DNA from: an uncultured bacterium | Lineage (GTDB): Bacteria; Actinomycetota; Acidimicrobiia; Spongiisociales; UBA5794 | Length of the DNA stretch: 64,000 bases | Direction: 5' to 3' | Assembly: GCA_963801165.1 (NCBI GenBank) | Contig: CAWDDT010000003.1 | Location: 32,001-96,000, forward strand | Part shown: in pieces, positions 50,616 through 58,417 of the stretch | Layout of the letters: the number at the start of each line of letters is the position of its first letter | Numbering within the stretch: the first letter of the stretch is position 1 | The notes under the pieces: generated by a model | Seen by the model: the letters and a program-made list of their open reading frames with translations, nothing else | The model's database searches: none | Told to the model about the DNA's origin: nothing | Position numbers and translations under genes: made by a program

Positions 50616-50675
50616 GTTACTCCTATTGGTGTTACTCCTATTGGTGTTACTCCGATTGGTGTTACGCCGATTGGG
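50616..50675 (-). repeat. 15-bp tandem repeat x4 containing the Shine-Dalgarno sequence
   Basis: + strand GTTACTCCTATTGGT x2, GTTACTCCGATTGGT, GTTACGCCGATTGGG, immediately upstream of the ATG at 50614. Confidence 0.9.
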
Positions 50676-50789
50676 GACTCAGCCCATTTTGTCCACCGTC
50701 ATTAAGGCTGCGTGAAACCGGCGCGTACCGACCCGACGAGGCGCAGGGATTCTGCCATATGATGGACGGTAGCGATCGCATCCAAATGG

Positions 50790-51914
50790 TCATCCGCCGA
50801 CGGCGCCGCCGAGCAGTGAGCCGATTCCATAGGTGGCCCCTGCGGCTGCCAGACCGAGCAGCAGCGAGCGGGACCCCGTCCGGAGCACTCCGGTGCCGGT
50901 TACCAGCGCGGTGGCTGCACCGAGGAGGAACAGCCCCACCGCCGCCAGCGCCAAGCTGGTGAGCACGGCAGCTGCACCGGAGACAAAGAAGAACGGGATG
51001 ACCGGAATGACCGCTCCGATGGCGAAGAGAAAGAACGAGGCGGTAGCGGCTTCCCACGCCGAGCCTCCCAAGTCCTCCGGATCGATCCCGAGCTCCTCTC
51101 GAACCTTCGTATCCAGGAACGCATCAGGATCCGCCATCACGTCCCGAGCCGCTTTGGCGGCTTCCTCCGGTGCCATGCCCTTCGCCTCGTAGATGAGGGC
51201 CAACTCCTCGGCCTCCGCCTCGGGCATGGCCAGGATCTCCTCGCGCTCGGTCTCGATCTGGGCCTGATGGAGCTCGCGGGAGCTCTGCACCGAGAGCCAT
51301 TCTCCGAGCGCCATCGAGATGGCCCCCGCCAGCAGGCCGGCGAGACCGGAGAGCAGGACGGCAGACGCCGCAAACGAGGCACCCGCCACTCCCGTCACGA
51401 GCGACGTGTTGGAGACGAGCCCATCGTTGGCGCCGAGCACGGCGGCCCGCAAGGCGTTACCCCCCACCGCCTTGTGACGACCTTCGAGCCGGGCGAGCAC
51501 GCTGCCCCTCACGCCGTTTGTCGACTCCCCGCGCAGGGCATCGAGCATGACGGCGTGCGACCTCTCGTCTGCGCGCAGCGAGGTGCCGTCGGTCTCCGGC
51601 TGATCGTCATACATCGACCTGCCCGACATCTCCGTTGCGGCCATGACCTGGGTGATCACCGACGAGCCCATCCGTCGAGCCAGCCAGGCCAGCGCACGGG
51701 AGCGGAAGTCAGGCTCGCGGCTCGGTACGGGGGCTCCGGCGTCGGTGAGTTGCTTCTCCCACAGCGTGGCGTGCCTCTCTTCGGCCTCCGCCAGCCGGAC
51801 ATACACCCCGCTCAGCGTCTCGTCTTTCTCGAGCTCTGCCGCCACCCGGTATAGGAAGGCGCTGTTCACTTCCTCGGCGAAGTTGTGCCGGTACCGGTCG
51901 TGATCCGCCTGCAT
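50790..51914 (-). CDS. VIT1/CCC1 transporter with N-terminal rubrerythrin/ferritin-like domain
   Basis: LAEAEERHA, ADERSHA (ExxH pairs); LRAAVLGANDGLVSN, AISMALGEWLSV. Confidence 0.88.
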   Translation of the reverse strand: MQADHDRYRHNFAEEVNSAFLYRVAAELEKDETLSGVYVRLAEAEERHATLWEKQLTDAGAPVPSREPDFRSRALAWLARRMGSSVITQVMAATEMSGRSMYDDQPETDGTSLRADERSHAVMLDALRGESTNGVRGSVLARLEGRHKAVGGNALRAAVLGANDGLVSNTSLVTGVAGASFAASAVLLSGLAGLLAGAISMALGEWLSVQSSRELHQAQIETEREEILAMPEAEAEELALIYEAKGMAPEEAAKAARDVMADPDAFLDTKVREELGIDPEDLGGSAWEAATASFFLFAIGAVIPVIPFFFVSGAAAVLTSLALAAVGLFLLGAATALVTGTGVLRTGSRSLLLGLAAAGATYGIGSLLGGAVGG

Positions 51915-52015
51915 CGCTGTCTCCTTCGATCTCAGGAACCAAAGATAGAGCCATTTCGCGGCTGTCCCGTCCATGTGATGAGGGCGGTCGCGGCGAGCGG
52001 CAGGTCTACGTCCGG

Positions 52016-52486
52016 CTAGTTGCCCAGAGTCTTTGCGAGACCATCGGCGAGCGCGGCGAGTTGTGCGTCGGTGAGACGGGCAGACGGATGCGTAAGCAGG
52101 TACGAAGTTGGCGGCATCGAGCGTTCCCGGACTGTCTCGACAGCTTCATCAGACCGCTGCGGGCCATTCCACTCGGAGAAGTTGAGGATCCGCCGGCCCT
52201 CGTCGACGTGGTTCTGAACCAGCCACGACACAGGAGCGATGTTCGAGTACCAGGGCCAGGTCGTTTCGTTGCTGTGGCAGTCGAAACAGTCTTTGACCGC
52301 CAGTTCCCGGGTCTGTGCCGAGTCCCAGACGGGCTCCGCGACCACGGGCGGATTGGTGTGGCTCCGCCCATACGGAACGAGCTGGATTATCAACGCGGCG
52401 GCCACCAGGCCGACCAGGCTCCGCTTCACCCACCGCATGACGACGTCGCGTCTCGATGCCGTCTCTTCCCCGTGTCCTGTCTCCAT
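52016..52486 (-). CDS. Haem-binding (c-type, CxxCH) domain protein
   Basis: CFDCHSNET.WPWYS..APVSW, LNFSEW, MPP.SY; GGAGG SD. Confidence 0.85.
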   Translation of the reverse strand: METGHGEETASRRDVVMRWVKRSLVGLVAAALIIQLVPYGRSHTNPPVVAEPVWDSAQTRELAVKDCFDCHSNETTWPWYSNIAPVSWLVQNHVDEGRRILNFSEWNGPQRSDEAVETVRERSMPPTSYLLTHPSARLTDAQLAALADGLAKTLGN

Positions 52487-52590
52487 TTGGCCTCCGCGCT
52501 GATGCAATCCGCACATTCTTCACGGAACGCGTGAGTCCTCGGAAGGGTAGGAAGTCCCGTTTGTGTCGGGACGGATCGAGGAGCGCGACA

Positions 52591-53043
52591 TCACGCGGTG
52601 GTTTGCGCTGCTGGATCGCTCTGCAGATTTCGGACGCAAGCGAGCAACAGGGAGACCGTTTGCCTCGCGGTGGCTGTAGTGACACCGGCGAGCATCGTCT
52701 CTTCCATTGCGTCGACGGCGAGGTCACACCGGGCGAGAAGCTCGCGCCCGGCGGCAGTGAGATAGGTGCTCAGTACCGACCCGTGCGTTTCCGAGGGGCG
52801 TCTCCGGATGATCCGTCTCCGCTCGAGCGACTGGATGACCTCGTTCATCGCCTGCGGGGAGACAAGCGCCCTTCTGGCCAGCTCGGCGTTCGAATGGCCT
52901 CCGTCCCGCCGGAGGAGGCTCAATGCGGTGTACTCGCCGATCGTCAGAGAGAACGGTTCCAGCGCTCCTCCGAGCTGCCGGCGGATCGTCCGATCGAGCG
53001 CTCCGATTGCATAAATGAACCGCGGCTCGGTGGGCTGGCTCAT
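52591..53043 (-). CDS. MarR-family regulator
   Basis: LTIGEYTAL, SNAELARRALVSPQAM, LTAAG. Confidence 0.88.
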   Translation of the reverse strand: MSQPTEPRFIYAIGALDRTIRRQLGGALEPFSLTIGEYTALSLLRRDGGHSNAELARRALVSPQAMNEVIQSLERRRIIRRRPSETHGSVLSTYLTAAGRELLARCDLAVDAMEETMLAGVTTATARQTVSLLLACVRNLQSDPAAQTTA

Positions 53044-53127
53044 GACTTCTCCTGTGGCGGCTGGTCGCCTGTGCCTTCCCGCCAGGCTACAACAAGGGAG
53101 CCGAACGAATTCTCCGGAATCTCGCGA

Positions 53128-53146
53128 CCATCAGGCTACTTGATGG
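53128..53146. promoter_or_regulatory. Dyad between divergent MarR and hydrolase genes, probable MarR operator
   Basis: CCATCA-GGCTACT-TGATGG; near-copy at 63672-63686. Confidence 0.6.
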
Positions 53147-53266
53147 GTTAGGGTTAGTCTCCTGGGAGTGTGCTGAGCCAACACATTTCAGGATCGACGC
53201 CGGGGCCCGGCGTGGTGACTGTTCACGGCAATCGCCAACCACCCTCCCGGGGAGAGGAGTGAGCAG

Positions 53267-54655
53267 ATGCGCGCTAAGCGTCTTGTGCTGTTGGTTGTTG
53301 TGTTGCTGACGATAGGGATAAGCCCCGTCCCGGCATCAGCAGCGTCCACAGCCGGTACATATCAGGGGGCCTTGCCAAACGGGACAACGTGGATAGCCGA
53401 GGTGCCCGACGGATGGAACGGGACCATCCTGCTGTACTCGCACGGATACCTGCCCAGTTTCATCGGCGTACCCAACTATGCCGCCGACGCACCCGATCCG
53501 GATACGGGGGCGGCATTGCTTGATCTTGGGTATGCCCTCGTCGGATCGTCGTATGCCGCCGCCGGGTGGGCTCTTCCCACCGCACCGCAGGATCAGCTCG
53601 ATTCTCTGGCCGCGGCCATCACGATGATCGGACAGCCTCCCGACCGCGTTCTCGCCTACGGCAGCTCGATGGGTGGTCTGGTGACCGCCAAGATCGCCGA
53701 GGTCGGCGATGGCATCATCGATGGCGCTCTTCCCATGTGCGGGATCGTCGGTGGTGGGTTGGCGCTCAACAACTACCAGCTGGACGGGGAGCATGCCATT
53801 GACGTGCTCCTGGCCCCCGACACCCAGATACGACTGGCGGATTTTCCTTCGCTTGGCGATGCTTTTGCGTCTTCGGATCAGATGGTGGGCGCGGTCGTCG
53901 CCGGACAGGCGACCCCGGAGGGCAGAGCTCGAATTGCCCTGGCGGCGGCGCTGTTCCAGCTGCCGACCCGGGTCGCCGATGAGCCTCCCCCCGACAAGCG
54001 CGACTCGGAGACGATGCAACAGAACCAGTTTGACTGGCTCGTTCAGACGCTTCCGTTCGTGGTCCCCGGCCGCTTTGACATCGAGACGGCCGTCGGTGGG
54101 AACGCATCGTGGAACGTGGGTGTCGACTATCGCCGCTTGCTGAGGCGGTCGGTCGACCTGCCCGAGGTTGCGGCGCTCTACCGGGCGGCCGGGCTCGATC
54201 TGGCGGCAGACCTGGATCGCCTTACGCAGACAGCAGACGGCGTCGCCGACGCCGAAGCCATCGATGCCATCCGGGATACCTCGGTGCCTACCGGGTCGGT
54301 GTCCATCCCGGTGCTCAGCCTGCACACGATCGCCGACAATCTGGTGCCCGTCCAGCACGAGATCGGGTACGCGGAATTGGTACGCCGGGCGGGCTCGGGC
54401 GCCTATCTGCGGCAGGCCTTTGTCGATCACGTGGGCCACTGCAACTTCACCAGTGCCGAAATGGTCGCTGCCGTCGAAGCACTCGATTTCAGGGTGGAGA
54501 CCGGGCATTGGGCCGGACGGACAACCCCGATGGCTCTCCAGCATGCCGCTGTCGCCACTGGACTCGGGCCGGCTGCGTTCGTGCCCCGGCCCCACGGCCT
54601 CTCGCTGCTCGGTGATCGGACCGACGCCGTCGTCGGCGCCGACTCCGGGATGTGA
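53267..54655 (+). CDS. Secreted alpha/beta hydrolase (esterase-like)
   Basis: Signal peptide, LLYSHGY, GSSMGG nucleophile elbow, HTIAD, GHCNF. Confidence 0.8.
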   Translation: MRAKRLVLLVVVLLTIGISPVPASAASTAGTYQGALPNGTTWIAEVPDGWNGTILLYSHGYLPSFIGVPNYAADAPDPDTGAALLDLGYALVGSSYAAAGWALPTAPQDQLDSLAAAITMIGQPPDRVLAYGSSMGGLVTAKIAEVGDGIIDGALPMCGIVGGGLALNNYQLDGEHAIDVLLAPDTQIRLADFPSLGDAFASSDQMVGAVVAGQATPEGRARIALAAALFQLPTRVADEPPPDKRDSETMQQNQFDWLVQTLPFVVPGRFDIETAVGGNASWNVGVDYRRLLRRSVDLPEVAALYRAAGLDLAADLDRLTQTADGVADAEAIDAIRDTSVPTGSVSIPVLSLHTIADNLVPVQHEIGYAELVRRAGSGAYLRQAFVDHVGHCNFTSAEMVAAVEALDFRVETGHWAGRTTPMALQHAAVATGLGPAAFVPRPHGLSLLGDRTDAVVGADSGM

Positions 54656-54689
54656 TGGCCCGAATCGCGGGGGTGAGTGATTGAAACGA

Positions 54690-54716
54690 GCACCCGGCGC
54701 GAATCGCGCCGGGTGC
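54690..54716. terminator. Hairpin downstream of the hydrolase, probable terminator
   Basis: GCACCCGGCGCG-AAT-CGCGCCGGGTGC, 12-bp stem. Confidence 0.65.
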
Positions 54717-54776
54717 CATCGTTAGGCTGCCGGGTGATGTTGTTTCTCGTCCGGCTGAGAGTCGCGCAGGTGTGAC

Positions 54777-55790
54777 GTGAGCGCCGCAAAGCTCGACCTC
54801 ACCCGATCTCAGATCCTCGCCTACCGGCGACGGGTCGGAGCACTCGATGCGCGAATGCCCTGGGGCGGTCGCTCCTTGCGTCGCGCGGCCTGGGCCGGTC
54901 TCCAGGACAGTGCTCCCCGCGCCGCACTCCTGTCCCTACACGCCCGCGTCGCCGACACGGGCTTGGCGGCCTGGGAGGACGCGTTCTTCGTCCAGCTATG
55001 GGGGCCGCGCTTCCACGTCTATGTGGTTGCGGCCCGGGATCGTGAGGTCTTCACGCTCGGCCGGCTGCCCGACCGGGTGGATCGGATGCGGCTCGCCGAG
55101 GATCTTGCCGCCCGGCTGGATGCGTATCTCGATGGGGGAGAGATGCCGTTCGGCGTGGCGGGCCGGGCTCTCGGTGAGAAACCCAACCAGCTCAGGCATG
55201 CCGCCGCCACCGGCAGGGTTCTGCTGCGTTGGGACGGCGCCAACCAGCCGGTCGTCCGTAGCGTGTCTCCGCCCGATGTTGATCCGCACCGCGCTCAACT
55301 CGAACTGGCTCGCCGATACGTGCACGTCTTCGGCCCAACCACGGCCGAGGCGTTCACCGAATGGGCGGGGATCAGCAGGCGGCAGGGTGGCACCGTCTTC
55401 ACCGCCCTCGGCAAGACGTTGACGGCGGTCCGGACTCCAATCGGCGATGGCCGGATCCTTGCTGATGACGAGCCATTGTTCCGCTCCGAGCCGGAGCACG
55501 CGGCACCGGCGCGTCTGCTTCCGAGCGGAGACGCTTACTTCTTGCGCCAGGGTGCCGATCGGGAGCTCCTCGTTTCCGACGCCGACAACCGCAGGGACTT
55601 GTGGCCCTCCCGCGCCTGGCCGGGGGCGGTGCTTGTTGCCGGCGACATCGTGGGCACATGGCGGCGCACCGGGGCGACGGTGACGATCCACACGTGGCGC
55701 CGGCTCTCCCGAACGGAGGATGAGGCTGTCGCCGCCGAAGCGGAGTCGCTCCCGCTTCCGGGGCCGATGACGGTTCGTAGGGAGGATTGA
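54777..55790 (+). CDS. AlkZ/YcaQ-family (HTH_42) protein with atypical catalytic motif
   Basis: AAWAGLQDS.PRAALLSLHAR, WGPR, RYVHVFGPTT..FTEWAG, RLLPSGD, VLVAGDIVGTW. Confidence 0.78.
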   Translation: MSAAKLDLTRSQILAYRRRVGALDARMPWGGRSLRRAAWAGLQDSAPRAALLSLHARVADTGLAAWEDAFFVQLWGPRFHVYVVAARDREVFTLGRLPDRVDRMRLAEDLAARLDAYLDGGEMPFGVAGRALGEKPNQLRHAAATGRVLLRWDGANQPVVRSVSPPDVDPHRAQLELARRYVHVFGPTTAEAFTEWAGISRRQGGTVFTALGKTLTAVRTPIGDGRILADDEPLFRSEPEHAAPARLLPSGDAYFLRQGADRELLVSDADNRRDLWPSRAWPGAVLVAGDIVGTWRRTGATVTIHTWRRLSRTEDEAVAAEAESLPLPGPMTVRRED

Positions 55791-55842
55791 GCGGCGTCTG
55801 CGATGCCCCGGAGCATCGCGGGCGGATCGGTCCTCAGTTCGT

Positions 55843-55883
55843 CGTCAAGATTCGCGGCCCGCGCGTTAGTGAAGCGTTAGGGA
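55843..55883 (+). promoter_or_regulatory. Direct repeats, candidate KdpE binding site
   Basis: GCGTTAG at 55863 and 55874 (11-bp period), plus CGTCAAG at 55843. Confidence 0.5.
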
Positions 55884-55977
55884 CTCTGGCAGCCGAAATG
55901 TGGAGGCGTATGGTGGCAATTGCACCGTTCCGATCGGACGGTGTTTTATTTGGGCCACGGGTGAAAGACGAATCGAC

Positions 55978-58311
55978 ATGGAGACTGGACGACCAGGCGT
56001 CAGCCTGAAGAGGCGTCTTTTCGGGAGGCCGTTCGCCAGCCACGAAGAAGAGCACCAATTGCTGCCAAAGCGGTTGGCACTCCCGGTGTTTGCGTCCGAC
56101 CCGCTGTCGTCTGTCGCATACGCCACGGAAGAAGCAATGCTCGTCCTCTCGCTTGCGGGAGCGGCTGCCTTCAGCTGGCTGGCGCCACTATCGGTTGCGA
56201 TCGCAACCCTCCTGCTCATCGTCATCATCTCTTACCGGCAGACGATCAAGGCCTATCCCGATGGCGGTGGCGCCTTCATCGTTGCCAGCGACAACCTCGG
56301 CATTCGGACGGGCACCGTGGCCGCGGCCGCCCTGCTCACCGATTATGTGTTGACGGTGTCGGTATCGGTGGCTGCCGGAGTAGCCGCCATCACCTCGGCG
56401 GCTCCTCACCTGCTCCTCTACCGGGTCGAGCTGTCCCTCGGCTTTGTGGTCCTGCTGACGGTCGCCAATCTGCGCGGAATACAGGAAGCGTCGAAGCTCT
56501 TCGCACTCCCCACGTATATGTTCGTCGCCACGGTGGGGACGATGCTCATCGCCGGGTTCATCGAGTGCGCAGACGGGAGCTGCCCCACGGCCGTGTCCGC
56601 CGGAGCCAACATCCAACCCGAGGTTGCTACCGCCGGGTTGTTCCTCGTGCTCCGTGCGTTTGCGTCGGGTTCGACCGCCCTGACCGGGGTGGAGGCAATC
56701 GCCAACGGGGTACAGGCGTTCCGGGAGCCGAAGGCAAGGAACGCCGCCAGGACGCTCGGGGTCATGGGCGCCATCTCGATCTCGATGTTTCTCGGTATCT
56801 CGACGTTGGCGCGGTTGTTCGACGTTCGCATCACCGAGGCCACGAAGAACCAGTACGGGACGGTCATCTCCCAGATTGGACGTGCCGTATTCAACGGCGG
56901 GATTGGCTTCTACATGCTTCAAGTGTTCACCGCCGCCATCCTGGTCCTCGCCGCCAACACCGCATATCAGGATTTTCCGAGGCTGTCGGCGATTCTCGCC
57001 CAGCACAAGCTCACCCCACGCCAATACCTGAACCGGGGTGATCGGCTCGTGTACTCCAACGGCATCGTCACCCTGGCGCTGGCCGCCTCGCTGCTGTTGG
57101 TGGCGTTCGATGCCGACGTCAGCCGTCTGATCCAGCTCTATGTCGTTGGCGTGTTCACCGCGTTTACCCTCAGTCAGACGGGCATGGTCAAGCACTGGCT
57201 ACGAACCCGCGAGGCGGGTTGGCGGAGATCCGTCGTGATCAATGCTGTCGGTGCGTTGACAACAGGAGTCGTGCTCGTGGTAGTGGCGTCGGTGAAGTTC
57301 GCCCACGGCGCCTGGATCGTCATCGTGTTCGTCCCGATTCTGGTGTCGATCATGCTGGCGATCAGACGCCATTACCTGGGGGTTGCCGCACAGCTGCGCC
57401 AGGTGCCGGCCAGATCCGAGCCTGTCCCCACACGGGTGATGGTGCTGGTCGCCCATCACGACGAGGCCACCGATCGCGCTCTCAGCTTTGCCAGGCTGCT
57501 GACCGCCGACGCGTTGACGTGTGTTCATGCCGAAGAACCTCATTCGGACGATCTGCTCTACACCTGGGACAACGCTCACCCCAACTATCCCCTAGAGGTG
57601 CTCCACGGCGAGAGCGTCCCGGTCTCACGCCGGGTCGTCGAGCGAATTCGCCGCGAACGCGACGACAATCCGGGGACGCTCATCACCGTTGTCCTCGCCG
57701 ATCGGGTGAGGTCGCGATCGCCATTCCGGCTCTTCGCCCATCGCAATAGCCTGCTGATCAGGTCGCGGTTGCTTTTCGAGCGGCGGGTGGTGGTCACCGA
57801 CCTCAACGTGTTGCGGCGCTCGCGACGGAGCCGGCTCACGCTCGCCCCCGTCGGCCACATCGAGCAGGTGGTCCTGGTCTCGGACATGACCCGACCGGTC
57901 CGGGAGGCGCTCAACTACGCCCGGAGCCTGGGCCCGCCTGTCACCGCGGTTCACATCGATGTGAACGCTTACCAGCGGGAGCGTCTCGAGAACCAGTGGG
58001 AGAGTGCGGGGTTCGAGTTCCCGCTGGTGGTTCTCGACAGCCCGTACCGGAGCATCGGTGAGCCACTGGTGCAGTACCTGCGGGAGCGGCGGCGTACCGC
58101 GGTCCCGGGGACGTTGATCAGTGCCGTGATCCCCGAGTTTGTGGTGCCCGGCAGGATCACCCAGGTGCTCCACAACCAGACGGGGCTCGGAATCAAGGGA
58201 ATGCTGGCCGGCGAGGTAGGTATTGCCGTCACGTCCGTCCCGTATCACCTCAAGAGCAACGGCGATCGCCACACCCGCGATGGCGCATCCTCGCCGGCCG
58301 CCGGGTCGTGA
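55978..58311 (+). CDS. APC-family permease, KimA/YdaO-like K+ transporter with duplicated cytoplasmic domain
   Basis: ALPVFASDPLSSVAYATEE, AYPDGGG, TALTGVEAIANG, ANTAYQDFPRL, RGDRLVYSNG, SPYRS, LHNQT. Confidence 0.88.
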   Translation: METGRPGVSLKRRLFGRPFASHEEEHQLLPKRLALPVFASDPLSSVAYATEEAMLVLSLAGAAAFSWLAPLSVAIATLLLIVIISYRQTIKAYPDGGGAFIVASDNLGIRTGTVAAAALLTDYVLTVSVSVAAGVAAITSAAPHLLLYRVELSLGFVVLLTVANLRGIQEASKLFALPTYMFVATVGTMLIAGFIECADGSCPTAVSAGANIQPEVATAGLFLVLRAFASGSTALTGVEAIANGVQAFREPKARNAARTLGVMGAISISMFLGISTLARLFDVRITEATKNQYGTVISQIGRAVFNGGIGFYMLQVFTAAILVLAANTAYQDFPRLSAILAQHKLTPRQYLNRGDRLVYSNGIVTLALAASLLLVAFDADVSRLIQLYVVGVFTAFTLSQTGMVKHWLRTREAGWRRSVVINAVGALTTGVVLVVVASVKFAHGAWIVIVFVPILVSIMLAIRRHYLGVAAQLRQVPARSEPVPTRVMVLVAHHDEATDRALSFARLLTADALTCVHAEEPHSDDLLYTWDNAHPNYPLEVLHGESVPVSRRVVERIRRERDDNPGTLITVVLADRVRSRSPFRLFAHRNSLLIRSRLLFERRVVVTDLNVLRRSRRSRLTLAPVGHIEQVVLVSDMTRPVREALNYARSLGPPVTAVHIDVNAYQRERLENQWESAGFEFPLVVLDSPYRSIGEPLVQYLRERRRTAVPGTLISAVIPEFVVPGRITQVLHNQTGLGIKGMLAGEVGIAVTSVPYHLKSNGDRHTRDGASSPAAGS

Positions 58312-58417
58312 CCGGTGTGGGCGGGAGCCGGCCTCACCGCGCCGTGGCGTACCCACCAGCAGCACCCGACAGATCCTCTAACGTTGCGTGTAGAGCAACG
58401 TCGTTTCGACACTCGGG

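Noticed and set aside
50616-50675. Repeat array as a mini-CRISPR
   Set aside because: Units are contiguous 15-mers with no spacers, and there are no cas genes
55790-55977. c-di-AMP (ydaO) riboswitch before the KimA-like gene
   Set aside because: The conserved GCTGAATCC...GGAACC...GGGTGAAT pattern is not present
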